Of a DNA stretch of 64,000 nt, positions 16,291 through 34,106 are shown piece after piece. The stretch lies in assembly GCF_009914755.1 (NCBI RefSeq), contig NC_060943.1; one strand, 5' to 3'. The notes below the pieces were generated by a model. The model made no database searches. It saw only the letters and a program-made list of their open reading frames with translations, and was not told the DNA's origin. Origin of the DNA: the human T2T-CHM13v2.0 reference genome, Homo sapiens. Each line of letters starts with the position of its first letter. Within the stretch, counting starts at the first letter, position 1. The position numbers were made by a program, and so were the translations under genes.

Positions 16291-17565
16291 TGCACAAGCC
16301 TGTATATTCATTGCTTTATGCTCATCCTTGTTCTAAAGATTAGCCTTTTGCCCATTTTCTAATTGAATTGCTTGATTGTGTTTTGTTTTACTATTGAGTT
16401 TTGTGAGACATTTATTTAGAGTGTCTCGCTCTGTTGTCCAGGCTGGGGTGCAGTGGCATGATCTCAGCTCACTGCAACCTCCGCCTCCCGGGTTCAAGTG
16501 ATCCTCCCTCTTCAACCTCCTGAGTAGCTGGGATTACGAGTGTACACCATCACACCTGGCTAATTTTTGTATTTTTAGTAGAAATGGGGTTTCACCATGT
16601 TGGCCAGGCTGGTCTCAAACTCCTGACCTCCTCAAGTTGATCAGCCCACCCCGGCCTCCCGAAGTGTTGGGATTACAGGCGTGAGCCACTGCACCAGCCA
16701 ACACTGAGTCGTATTTCTTTAGATTTTTGTGATTGATGTTCCCATTATGCTTCTCTCTCACTGAATCTCCTACCTTCTTCATCAGAGGCAGCGTCATACT
16801 GGACTTTAAGTGCATCCTTCCTGTCCATGATTTTAAATTGTACCTTGCAAATATACTTTGCACCTAAACACTGTTTAGTATTCTTTTGCGTTTTTTCAAA
16901 TATCCATAAATACCTATAGTACAAGTCATTCTGCAACTAGCTACTTTCTACCCCAAATCATCCCTTTGCTATCTGGCCTCCATCACTAAACCTTACATAT
17001 CTCATTGATTTATTTTGTCTGCTCTAGCAGTCCATCATATTAATAAGACGAGTTTTATTTTTTCCATTCTACTATTGATAGACATTTAAATCACTTCCCA
17101 TTCTTTGCCAGCATGACAATGCTGCTTTGAACATCCCTGTGTGTGTCTCTTCGCGCACACGTGGAAGAGTTCTTCCACTGGTAGGCACAGCATTTGCATT
17201 CTCCATTTCAGTAAAAGCTGCCAAGGTCCTCTTCAACGTGATGGCGTAAATCCAGCTCTTTCTGCAAGAAGGCTCACCAGCCTTCCCACCAGCTCTTCTC
17301 CCCACCCCAGCCCTGCAGCCCTGCAGCCTGACCCTAGGTAATGAGTGGTGGGGAGTGACCCAGGCATGCACGACCTGCCCAGAGGAAAGGGAGTTCAAAG
17401 AAGGACCCGAGACCCTCACAGGAACCTAGCAGATTGGCACAAGTGCCAGATGTATCCAGGACAGACACTTTCCCCAGGACTCCAGGGGTAAAGGAGTGCC
17501 CCACCTCTCCACTCCTTGCCTTTCTTAACTGAATTCAGATTGTCGTGAACATTCAAGAAAAGCAT

Positions 17566-17934
17566 TGTGGCTGACTTCCAAGGTTACTACTTGAGTCCAT
17601 CACTACAGCAGTTACTACTCTTACTGCTCCAGACCGTCATTACAGCAGTTACTACTGTTACCACTTGAGACCATCCTTACAAGACTGAAGGAAGGGAGGA
17701 ACGTAGAAATGAAAACCAAGGAAAAAAAGAAACTGCTTTAAGTAAAGGCTAGCATGGGGAAGAAGAGAGCTCCCCGCTTCTAGTGAGCAAAGGCAGCCCC
17801 CTTATTTATTGGGTAACAAGAGCACGAGGAGGTGGCAACAATTGGTCAGCTGCTTAATTGATCAGAGGTTCATGTTGTTACTGACAGGCTTCTATTATGC
17901 CTAATCATAAGAAACATTTGTTCAGCTTCCAACA
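17566..17934 (-). mobile_element. ERVL solo LTR (LTR32-like)
   Basis: TG...CA ends, internal repeated GTTACTACT/GAGACC units, TTTATTGGGTAACAAGAGC, CCAAT box on the minus strand. Confidence 0.7.
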
Positions 17935-18044
17935 AAGCTGAAGTTTAAATGATGCAATTACATTCAGCACAGAGGAGTATCTCCCCCAATCCCACCATAT
18001 AAAGAGAAAGCACATGCATGCAGGAGAGAAACAGTGAATGGAAG

Positions 18045-18369
18045 GCTAGGAAATCTTGGTCTTGGAGGAGAGTGCAGATTGGAGATAGAGGGAAGGGGAA
18101 AATAAGATGCTGGGATCTTGAGGGAGGATGTGGGGTGGTGGCCAAGCTCCCTGGTTCATGGGGATGAGAATGAAGCCTCTGTTGGCTCTGGGTCATGTGA
18201 CATGGGCCAAGATAAGACATGGTTCCTGCAGAGAGATGGAGCGTGGTCTGTCTGTCTTGTGCTCATGTGTCTGTGTCAAATGGCTTCCGAGGGAACTAGA
18301 GCCACTTAGGTCTATGTGGTTTAAGGAAAGCACAAGTGAAAAGAAGCCAGGAATAGTGCAGAGGTAGGG
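18045..18369 (+). promoter_or_regulatory. FFAR2-paralogous promoter and exon-1 module of unit 2
   Basis: Shares AAATCT...AGAGTG..GATT...AAGATGCTGGG (11-mer 18104-18114 = 48877-48887). E-box CATGTG at 18194 has GATAAG 17 nt later (18211). Donor GAG|GTAGGG ends the exon 152 nt after that position, the same distance as in FFAR2. Confidence 0.6.
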
Positions 18370-19632
18370 GATGGGACACCAAGACATGAGGCCAGAGTGT
18401 GAGACAGAATCAGAGCTCCTGCCTGCAGAGAATGATGGGCTGTGTGAGGAGCCCTGGCCCTCTGCGGACATTTTAATAAGTGGCCCCACTTTCTTAGGTG
18501 CTCATGTGTCCGGGGATTCTAGGGAGGTTTTGTGAGGCTGAGCTAAAAAAAATAACCAATTCCAGCTAGGCACAGGGGCTCACGCCTGTAATCCCAGCCC
18601 TTTGGGAGGCTGGGGTGTGAGGATTGCTTAAGGCCAGGAGGTCAAGGCTACAGTGAGCCATGATTGTGCCGCTGCACTCCAGCCTGAGCAAGAGGGTGAG
18701 ACCCTGTCTCAAGAAACAAGCAAACAAAAATAACCTATTCCACTTTGACCCTGAATAGGGAAAACTGACCAAACAAGGAGAGTAGCCAGAGGCAGGGATG
18801 GAAGCATAGGAGAAACTGGCAGTGGACAAGCTCCTTTGGAATAATCCACCAAGAGAGGAAATGAAACAGAATGCCTGAATGAATTATGAAAGCAGAACAA
18901 AGTCTGAAAGAATAATCAGGGCTTGAGATCTAGAAAGGATCAATGAGATTTGTGGGAACAGACTTTCAGGGGAAACACAGAGGGCTAAGCGGCCTGAGAA
19001 ACAGCTCAACTCTTGACCTTCCTCTTCCTGACACATAGCAAGCTCAAGTGTAAAAGTTCTTGGTTCCTGGGGGATCCCGAAATGGCAGAGGTGGCTGTAT
19101 CTATGCACCTTATTCAACAAGTTGGTAAAAGTCCACTTAAGGCTGATCACCAAGAGCTGCCTGCTTAGAAACAGGAGGAAGCTAGATACCTAAAATACTC
19201 CCAGCACGTCCTGGGAGATGACACCCTAAGCTCTCACCTGGGAAAGGAAAAGGATGAGAGACCCAGGTGACTGCAGGTTCACCTTGCTGGGGAACAAGGT
19301 TTTCTCACCTTCATTTCCAGTGCGGGAGGGAAACCAGAATAGCAAAAGATCAAGAAAACTGAACAAAAACTAGAAGAGAAATTGGTGGAGGGATGACAGA
19401 GGTTGAAATGGGAAGGCACCAAGCAGAATCAGGTATCCTCTACAGAGCAGAGAATTGCCCTGAGCACAGAATGCTATATCATTTTCTCAAAGTCACAGAG
19501 CTGGGAATTGCCAACAGTGGGACTGGGATCCAGATCTGCTCCCCTCATTACTTATTCTCCCTGGATTTCTCTTCAGAGTGGAGCAATGCCCTGGCATTCA
19601 ACTCGTCTGTGATATGACAGTCCTCACACTCT

Positions 19633-20526
<894 letters not shown>

Positions 20527-20767
20527 TCATTTCTGAATTGTATCTTTTATGATTTTAAAAAATGAATCAGAGAAGATTCAAGGCACATTCTGACATGCAA
20601 GGGTTACAGTCACAGCCCATGGGCCAGGCATGGCACTTCACCCCAGTATGCTGGCGACGGCCCTCTCTGCACCAATAAATCAGATGCCTGCTTAACAACT
20701 ATTTCAATCAGAAGTGCATTCTGCAGTTTTGAAAGTTTCCACACGTATTATCACTCCTCAGTCATAA

Positions 20768-21028
<261 letters not shown>

Positions 21029-21094
21029 TGATCTGCCAACCTCGGCCTCCCAAAGTGCTGGTATGACAGGCCTGAGCCACTGCACCTGGCTCTG

Positions 21095-22085
21095 ACCACA
21101 CGTCTTCCATCAAGGACTTACATCATTCTTTTTGGCCACCCAGAACCTCTGAACTCCCTGCCTGTGAATCTACGCCTGCCCAAGGGAGAAGCAGAAACTT
21201 GCTTTCTCAGAGTCGGCTCCCATGTAGGGCACAGGCATGTGACCAAAGTCCAGCCAGTTACCAAGCCCAGGTGGGGGCAGTGCAGCATAGCTGTGACGTT
21301 AGGCCCGGAGGCCACTCTAGGGAGCTGGCAGCACACAGCCAGCTGCCAGGGCGGCAGAGAGAGGTGCCGAGGGTGTGGCAGCAGTGCCCAGCGTGTGAAC
21401 CGCAGAGTGTGCGCCAGTGGTGGAGGTGGTGGTGTCTGCAAGGGTATCATCCAGGCATACCCTCCAAGCCTGGTGTTCTGGCTGGCCTGGAGATTCCACA
21501 AGCTACCTAATACCCTTTAAAAACAAAATTCCTAGGCTGGGTGGGATGGCTCACGCCTGTAATCACAGTGTCTGGGGAGGCCGAGATGGGAGGATGGCTC
21601 CAAGTGAGAGGATCTCTGGAGGCCAGGAGTTTGAGATCAGCCTGGGCAACATAGTGAGATCCCATCTCTATAAAAATAATTTTAAAATAAAATAAATAGG
21701 CCGGGCATGGTAAGCTCACACCTGTGATCCCAGCACTTTGGGAGGCCAAGGCAGGCAGATCACCTGAGGTCAGGAGTTCGAGACCAGCCTGGCCAACATG
21801 ATGAAACCCTGTCTCTACTAAAAATACAAAAATTAGCCGGGTGTGATGGTGGGCGCCTATAATCCCAGCTACTTGAGAGGCTGAGGTGGGAGAATGCTTG
21901 AACCTGGAAGGCAGAGATTGCAGTGAGCCAAGTTCGCACCACTGCTCTCCAGCCTGGGCGATAGAGCAAGACTCCATCTCAAAAAAAGTAAAAAATAAAT
22001 AAAATAAATAAGAACAAAATTCCTTTTCCGCTTAACCTGACAAGAGGAGAGTCTGCTGTCTGTAGTGGGAAACCTGACAGATACA
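21095..22085 (+). mobile_element. ERVL LTR (LTR33/LTR16-like) with nested Alus, directly upstream of pseudogene unit 2
   Basis: GGGCACAGGCATGTGACC..., 3' end AAATTCCTTTTCCGCTTAA...CCTGACAGATACA; TSD AACAAAATTCCT around the Alus at 21534-22010. Confidence 0.6.
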
Positions 22086-22109
22086 ATCAGGAGAGCATCC
22101 AAGGTCTCC

Positions 22110-22400
22110 AGGCGGACAGTCCTCTGCAGCTGCATCCTGTCTGTGCCATTGGTCCCTCTGCCAGCCTCTTGGCCATGTGTGTAGCCTGGGAAGAATGCTG
22201 CCCTGCTCCACCTGCTGTGGCAACTGCCACTATGCGAGATGGCCAGGCTGCTCCAGCTCCCACAGTGGCTCGTGGTCTGTGCCTCCGTCAGTCTGGCTTC
22301 TCCTGGGGCAGCGGCTACCGGCTGGACTCTGGCCCAGGAACAGGGCTTTCCCTGTGCTCGCCTGCACCTCGCACCATGGTCCTGGCCCCACGACGACTGA
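22110..22400 (+). pseudogene. Highly degraded FFAR2-like remnant, unit 2 (TM1, TM3, ICL2, TM4/ECL2 blocks)
   Basis: Colinear blocks: 22148-22177 IGPSASLLAM vs 50508-50537 TGLPANLLAL (23/30 nt); 22272-22300 VVCA..S/GF vs 50688-50717 (21/30); 22344-22357 AFPV vs 50783-50796 (13/14); GCACCATGGT...ACGACTGA vs GCACCATCGT...ACGACTGA. Confidence 0.7.
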
Positions 22401-22582
22401 ATCTGCCAGTCTCCACTCCCCTGTGCACTTTCTGCACTACAGCAGTGGGATGTGGTGACAGGAACACTAAAGGATTGAATGCCGGGATCCTGGAGGGAAA
22501 TTGAAGCTGCTGGTGCTTCTGCCTGGGTCCTAGGGGAGCAGGAAACACTGTGGAGTACTTACTGTGGGCTCAGCACAGTTCC

Positions 22583-23645
<1,063 letters not shown>

Positions 23646-24286
23646 AACAGTTCGGCGCTATTTCAAAGGTTTCCTGTGCTCTAAAGCACTCTATTAGGCT
23701 CTCGTTGCAGGGATTTGGGGAAAAAAAGACACTCCCTTGTCCAGAGACATGGACACCTGCTCGCATCCCAATTTGCCTGTCATTCACTCCTTCATCAACT
23801 GCTCCCGGCCAGGACTTGTTCAAGCTGCTGAGAATGTTTTGGTGAACAAGACAGGAAGCGGCAGCTCTCGTGAAGTTCGCGTTCTGGAAAAGCACCGGTG
23901 TTGGAGGAACAGCGGTTGGACCTTTTCCGGCCTGGAATTTGGGCTCCCCACAAAGGAGATGCACTTTAGATGATTATTACTTGATCAAACTAATAAAAGG
24001 CCCGAGATAGTTAATAATAATGAAAGCGTGGCTTCCTCCTCCCTGTTTCTAGGCCAAGAGGTGGCAAGGGGTAGCAAATTAAAAACATACATATTGGTTT
24101 AACCTGAAAGTATGTCTATGTGCACAGCTCTTTTTGCTAAAGACAGCAAAAAGTTTTTACTAGAGCAACCTAAAACCAATTCTGTGACCTGAGTAGCACC
24201 TCTTACCAGGAATTGTTGACAAAAGATGAATAAATAGAACAATTTCAGATTCTGGTAAAGCACCGTGAAGAAAACAAATTGATTAG

Positions 24287-24523
<237 letters not shown>

Positions 24524-26816
24524 TAGAGATGGGGTTTCACCATGTTGGCCAAGCTGGTCTTGAACTCCTGACCTCAGGTGATCTGCCCGCCTCAGCCTCC
24601 CAAAGTGCTGGGATTACAGGCATGAGTGAGCCACTGCACCTGACCTATTTTTATTTATTTTTTGATACAGGGTCTCACTCTGTTGCCCATGCTGGAGCGC
24701 AGTGGTGCGATCTTGGCTCACTGCAGCCTCGAACTCCTAGGCTCAAGCCTTAGCCACCAGAATAGCTGAGATTCTAAGTGTGCACCACCACCCCTTTTTT
24801 TCCTTTTTTATTGTTATAGGCATGGGGGTTTCAGTATGTTGCCCAGGTTGGTCTTGAACCCCTGGCCTCAAGTGATCTTCCCACCTCCGTCTCCCAAAGT
24901 TCTGAGATTACAGGTGTGGGCCACCACACCTGGCCCAGGACTCCTTTAGATGGAGTGGCCAGGAAGGGCTCTCTGAGGACAGACATTGGAAAGATGACAG
25001 AGAGGCAGCTGTGAGAGGGTGTGGGGCAAGGACGCTCCAGGCAAAGGCAACAGCAGAGACAAAGATTTCCACGCAAGACAAGCTCAGTGTGGGCTGGAGA
25101 CAGTGTTAGGAGACACGGTGCATCCACAGAGGTCTCCTGCAGGTGCACTGGAGAGACGTGGCCCAGAAGCAGGGCAAGGTGTGCTGGGAAAGAGAACGTG
25201 GAGGTCAGCAGGCCATCAATTCCCCTGGAACCACACCTGGATGAAGCCGAACTAGTAAACCTTTTCCAAGCAGAAGAAAAGATCTGGGGTCCAAGCCAAG
25301 TGATCCCACTGCCCAAACACATACCTGGTGGGTCTTCACCTGGTGGGTCTGCAGCTGAACCCTGGAGTGCAAATGAAAACCCACTAGGACTCAGGATAGG
25401 AGGGAACAAATATGAGAGTAGTCCCAGGTGTGATGAAGGAGTGGACCTACCGGGAGATCAAGGAATCCAGGTTACCATGAGGAAGGACAAACACAAAACA
25501 CACAGTACTGACTGTGTCCCAGATCCTGACCCAAGACATTTATTTATTTATTTTTGCGACGGAGTCTCGCTCTGTCACCCAGGCTGGAGTGCAGTGGCAT
25601 GATCTTGGCTCACTGAAGCCTCCGCCTCCCGGGTTCGAGTGATTCTCCTGCCTCAGCCTCCCAAGTAGCTGGAATTAAAGGAGCCGCCCCCACCACGCCC
25701 AGCTATTTTTTTTTTTTTTTTTTGAGACGGAGTCTCATTCTGTCGCCAATTTTTGTATTTTTAGTAGAGACAGGGTTTCACCATGTTGGCCGAGCTGGTC
25801 TCCAACTCCTGACCTCAGGTGATCTGCCCGCCTTGGCCTCCCAAAGTGCTGGGATTACAGACGTGAGCCACCGCACTCAGCTGCCCAAAAGTTTTAGATA
25901 CATCAACCCATTCAGTCTTCACAAAAGCCCATGAGGTGGGCACTATCATTTCCTCCATTTAGAGGGAAGGAAACCACAGCCCAGGAGACTACAGGACTTG
26001 TCCAAGCACACACAGCTGGAGGGAGCCCAGCAAGGCTGGAATCCAGGCAGTCTGCATCCCAGTCCATGCCCTTGCCTGCCACTCTACATGGCCTCACGAG
26101 ATGCCTCTCCAGGTACCTAAATGTAGAAGTCAAAGGAATACTGTGGAAGCAGCCAAGGTCTGCATTTGGGAATCCATACGTTAGATTCGTGGAATCAGTT
26201 CTGGAGAAAAGGTGGAATTTTTCAGGTTTTTTTTTCATAGAGGTAATCAACTACCAACTTTCCAATGGACACAGCCCATCTCAGTGTGAAAGCCTGTCCC
26301 TAGAGCAGAGCCAGAGGAGGTACAGCCAGCTCCGACTCTGCAACTTCAGTAAGGAGCAAGAAGATTTCTGTTTAGAGGTTACCACTCCACTCCCCAACAA
26401 AAAATGAGAGTAGAGCAAGGTTTCCAGGCAGCTGCCTATACTCCGGGAAAGGATGTTGGTGGAGAAGGAATCGAGAGAGGGCCACACTGTTGGGGGCAAG
26501 GCAAGGGGCTCACTGCCAAGGGACAGACAGAACCAGGGAAGGCAAAGATCACAGAAAGGGAACGGGAGTGCAGAGCTTCTAATGGAGAGACTGCATGATG
26601 CTCTCCTGGGCTGGAGCTGGGGAGCTGGGAACAGCTAAGGTATGCCCACAGGCACAGAGGCATCTCTTCTGCCCCTTGGAACTTCTGACTCGGAGGCTGT
26701 CAACATTCCCTCTCTTGAGCAGGAGCAGGATGGGAGAAGTTGCAGCTAGATTGCTTTGGAGTCTATCCAGCATTTGGACATAACCTGTCCCTTGTGTGGT
26801 CACTGGAAAGAAGTTA

Positions 26817-28760
<1,944 letters not shown>

Positions 28761-28824
28761 CAATTTACAATAGAGGAGTATTCTGCCATTTTGCAAAGTG
28801 TTCTCACATATGTTACCTCATTTA

Positions 28825-29035
28825 TTCTGAGAGAGAGGGAGGATTATTGTGGGAATTGGCTCATGTGATTATGGAGGCTGAGAAGTCCCATCTGTCTGCA
28901 AGCTGGGGAACCAGGAGAGCTGGTGGTGTAATTCAGTCCAAATCTGAAGGCCTGAGAACTGATGTCTGAGGGCAGGAGAAGATGGACATCCCAACTCAAT
29001 AGAGAGAGCAGAGACAGAAAACTTGCTCTTCTTCT
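28825..29035. mobile_element. MLT2 (ERVL) LTR fragment
   Basis: GGAATTGGCTCATGTGATTATGGAGGCTGAGAAGTCCCA...AGTCCAAATCTGAAGGCCTGAGAAC. Confidence 0.85.
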
Positions 29036-29444
29036 TTTTTTTTTTTTTTTTTTTTTTTGATATGGAGCGCCTGCCACCACACCCAGCTAATTTTTTGTGT
29101 TTTTTTGTGGAGACAGGGTTTCGCCGTGTTGGCCAGGCTAGTCTCGAACTGCTGACCTCAGGCGATGCACTCAGCTCAGCCTCCCAAAGTGCTGGGATTA
29201 CAGGTGTGAGCCACCACACCTGGCAGAGCCACCACACCTGGCAGAGCCACTGGTTTTTTTTTTTTTAATTGACTTATTTTTCTTACATATAATTTAGCCT
29301 TACCCTAAACAAAAATAAATATTAATAACAGTAACAGCCAGCAATTCTAAGTACTTGCTATGTACCAGGCATATACATACATACGTACATATGGGATTTT
29401 TTGAGACAGAGTCTGGCTCTGTCGTCCAGGCTGGAGTGCAGTGA

Positions 29445-29759
<315 letters not shown>

Positions 29760-31143
29760 TAATACACATACACACAAACATATACATATTCATTTCAATC
29801 CTCACAGCAAACCTACAAGGTAGGTATATTAGTCTCCTCGTTCTACAAATGAGGAAACTGAGGCCCAGAGAAATGAGTGCCCTTGCCCAAGGTGACACAG
29901 CCAACAAGTAGCCGCCAGGACTGCAGCCCACAGGGCCAGCTCCAGATTCCACGCTTTTAACCCCTGAAATCATGAGTTTAATGGCTTAGCTACAGGTTAA
30001 GTCACTTGCCAGGGAACCCAGAGCTAGCAATGGGATGGGAACTGAGATGTGAATCCCAGTAGTCTAACCTCAAAACCTGCGTGTTTAGCTCCTACATGCG
30101 TTCCCACATGGGTTATGGACAGCTCTACTAATGGAAGAGGGCGCTGGACTGGGGTGGAATTGTGAAAGAACTAGCGACGTGGAGAGAGGCTTGAAGCTCA
30201 GCCTAAATAAATGTTGGGGACAGCCCCCACTGACAGCTGGACTTGGCCCGCCATCTTCCCTTCTTGGTACCTCTCAATCTTTCGTAAAAATAAACCAAAA
30301 GCTGACGTTCACCACTTCATGCCATGCAAACAACTGTTTTTGGTTTTGTTCTTCAAATATAAAATAACATGAAACATGCTTTGTCAATGTACTTACCCCC
30401 ATCCCATCCCACACTCTCTCTTCCCAAATACCCGCATCACCCTCCACTCTTCAGAGATACTAGACGGGGTGGCTCAGCAGGGCTGGGAACAAACACTGGC
30501 CAATGTAAAGGCTTCTGAATACTCCGCAGCACTGGAGAGTCTGTCTTCAGCACGATCCCCTGTTAACCCTAGGAAAGATGTGCACGTGACAGGGGCGGGG
30601 TGCGTCATGGAAGCCTGACGTTCCTCATGCCAGATCAGACGGGAAGGCTGTAAAAGGGGGAAGGTGAGGCCAGCTGGCAGAAAGCAGGAGGAACGCAGCC
30701 TTGCTCCAGGTTCGTACTCCCATACCTGAAACGCCTCCTCCTTCTCCCGCCTACCCAGGCTGAACACCTGGAGAGGGGCAGGGTAGGAATGCCCCCTAGG
30801 TGACCAGAGTGGAGAGGAGGACACTGAAGGGGTCTAAGGATCACGAGACCGCGTGTGGCTTGACTTATTCGCCAAGTGGAGATTCCTCGATCATCCTCAG
30901 AGCCTGTGGTCCCTTCCATCTAGTCAAGAATGGGCAGGAGGCCAGGCGAGACAAAACTCAAGGGGAAAGCCGTACTCATTTTTATCAACATCTCCTTGCC
31001 AGGAAGCTTGTGGTATTCACTCAAATCCAGGACATGATAAACATTTACAGAAAATAATAAAAGCAGATGATGTGAGGACAGTCAAGAGACGCAAAGTACA
31101 CTTATGCTCCCCCTCCTCATCTAGAAAGTGGGTCTGCATGGAG

Positions 31144-31665
31144 TGTAACAGCAGAATCTGACATAGCTGACTCCACCCTGCTTCTAACCTCACAAGCTAA
31201 TGGTCTTTGTCATTCCTGCACATCAGCCAAGCTAATCATGGGAAGAATTTAGTTTACAGTTTAACTTTAAAGCAAGGATGACAATAATCCCTTCCCAACA
31301 CTCACCCCCAAGGAGATAAGGAGGGTGTACACACTAGCAGCTACATCATATTAAAGATTTATAGGAACATTGTGACCTCAGCAGGACAAAGAAGTTGCAC
31401 AGTGCCCCTCCTCGGACACTCACTGCCACCCAGATGTCCGCTATCATCGGTCACCTCTTGATCTTAAACCTCACTCTCTTCCCCCTTCCCTAATGTAAAA
31501 GGAGCCCAAAATTCTATTACTTAAGATTGTTCTCAAGACACTAGGTCTGCTATCTCCTCAGTCTGCTGGCTCTCTGAAATAATGTCATTTTTCCTTCCCC
31601 CAATATCTCGTCTCTTGATTTATTGGCTGTTGTGCAGAGATTGGTATGAGCTTTGGATTCAACTG
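31144..31665 (+). mobile_element. ERV1 solo LTR (LTR8/LTR26-like)
   Basis: ATCTGACATAGCTGACTCCACCCTGCTTCTAACCTC...AGAATTTAGTTTACAGTTTAACTTTAAAGCAAGGATG. Confidence 0.75.
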
Positions 31666-33274
31666 CAGGAGGACGGTGAAGCCAGAAGAGATAGAGAGAG
31701 AGAGAGAAAGAGAAATGAGCAGCTGCTGAATCATGAGGGCTTCCCTAATGGCAGGGAAAGAAGAAAGTTTTGACAGACAGTGGGGCAAGACACTTGCACA
31801 AAACAGGAAGCCAGAGGAATCCTTAAAACCCACACATCATACAAAAATAAAGAAAGAAAATAAAACATGATAAAAGAAATGAAACCCATACATCAGATCA
31901 CTTACTCCTCTGCCTTATACCCTTCAAGAGTTTCCTATGACTTTGGGAATAAAATCCAAATCCTCACCTTGGACAACAGGGCCCTGCACCATGTGTTTTC
32001 CCTCCACCCCCTCCACCCCCAGCTGTCACGTCTCTGACCTGGTTTCCCATCACTTCCCTCATGCTCATTCCCACCCCACCCCCCCAGCCACACTGGCCTC
32101 CTTTCGGTTTCTCCATCACACCAAGCTTCGTATCGCCTCAGGGCCTTTGCAAAAAATGTCCCATCTGCCCCGAGTGTTCCTCTCCCAGCTCTTCCATGGA
32201 GAGCACCTACAGGCCTCGGCTCAAATGTCACCCCTTCAAGGACATTTCCCTGCTGCCCCCAGCACAGATTACCCTATTCTATCATCCAATTCTATTTCCT
32301 TCCGAAAGCGTGCCCCACATTACCTCCTATATTACTGTAGAGACTGTACTAGTGTCTCACCCCTCCCCACAACTACAATGTCAATTTCATGAAGGCAAGA
32401 ACCATGTCTGCCTTTAAAAAAAAAAAAAATCAGGGTCTCACTCTGTCCCACAGGCTAGAGTGCAGTGGCACAATCTAGGCTCACTGCAGCTTTGATCTCC
32501 TGGGCTCAAGTGATCCTCTGACCTCAGCTTCCTGAGTAGCTGGAACTAAAGGCATGCACTACCACATCTGGCTAATTTTTGTATTTTTTTGTAGAGATCA
32601 GGTGTCACCATGTTACCCAGGCTGGTCTTGAACTCCTGAGCTCAAGCAATCCACCTGCCTTGGTCTCCCACCAAGTGCTGGGATCATAGGCATGAGCCAA
32701 CACACCCAGCCACAATGCCTGTCTTGTGATGCTCTATCCCCAACCATCCATGGAGAGATGAAAATGCATGATCTGGTTGTTACCTTGCACTCAGCTGCCT
32801 AATCCAAGAGACATGCAGGTGACTTTGAGAAGGCTGGGGCTGTCCTGGGCCCACAGAATTCAGACAGAAGACACTGGGGAAAGGAGAGGAGGTGGGACAG
32901 GGACCAGACACAGAGCACTGGAAAGGAGAGGATGTGCAGGAGCAAGAGCTGAGCCGGATTTTCCAGACGGCGGCAGACTCTGGGGGGCTGCCTGGACTTG
33001 GGGCATTTTTTCTGGGCTGGCCCTGGACTTAGAGAATATTTTTGTGATTTAGCGGCCCCAATTTTTGTGAAATGTCCTCTGCTGACTGAGAGATTAACCT
33101 GCTTTGACTGGGCCATGCTAAAAAATGAACAGGAATTTGATATAGTCCAGTGTGGAGGTGGAGAGGGAGGGAGGTGAAGAAAGAACAGAAGGAAGGGGTA
33201 AGACACACTGAGGAGCAGATGGAAGTTACCTGAGGGGATCCTCCAAAGAAGAAAGGGTGGGCTATGCAAACAGT

Positions 33275-33445
33275 GGATGTAAAAAGACGCCTGGAAGAAG
33301 TTAGGACTTGGATTTCTAGGAGAGATTAATTCGACTTGTAGGAGCAGGGATTTGGGGAGAGGCAGAGGGCTCTGCTGCCTCTGAAAGAGCTCACCGAGTG
33401 CGCTCCCTCTCTCTGACTAAGGACCCCTGTGGATAAGAAAGCTCT
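33275..33445 (+). promoter_or_regulatory. Decayed FFAR2-type promoter of unit 3
   Basis: 33374-33442 aligns to the unit-1 promoter 7263-7332 at about 47/70 (shared GAAAGAGCTCA). Colinearity extends upstream. GATAAG occupies the TATA position (33432) and the E-box is lost. Confidence 0.6.
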
Positions 33446-34004
33446 CTGCCCTAGAGAAGAAGAGCAGTCAAGGTGCTTACAGGCTCTTTCCCGAAGACTG
33501 AAGACCTTTCCCAGGGTGGACTGTGGTGCCCTTCCCTGTGCAGGCACCCTGACCACTGTGTGTTCAGAGAAGAGGGATGTGGCACACACACCTGAGAAGC
33601 ACTGGGACTCCTGCGAGACCAAGTGGGAGGTTGCCACTCCTGGGGACCATCTGATGGGAAGCAGCGGTGAAGAAAAGGGAATGGCGTCTGGATGTGGATG
33701 GAGGCAGGTGCTTCTACTGCTGCCCGGCCAGAGAGGAGCATCCCCAGAGGGTCCGTCCCTAGCCAGGCTGGAAGCTTGTCTCTGCGCATCTGGTCCCCTC
33801 TCGAAGCAGTTCTCAAAAGCCGTTGAGACACACTGCTGGGATGTGGCAACACACCAAGAGGCAAGAAATGTAAGTCCATGGTTCCTGGTAATACTGAAAA
33901 AACTAGGCTTTGGAAGTTTAAGTAAACAAAGAAATGAGAGGATATAAGGTAAGCTGTTACAACGTCACTGTCAGTTATGAGTATTCTGTTATGCTTTCTT
34001 TTGA

Positions 34005-34106
<102 letters not shown>

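Noticed and set aside
21164-21520. Cys/Gly-rich ORFs resembling keratin-associated or metallothionein-like peptides
   Set aside because: They lie within an old ERVL LTR; no coherent motif.
24831-25602. Overlapping 192-aa and 193-aa ORFs
   Set aside because: They span Alu and L2-like fragments, with no recognisable domain or exon structure.
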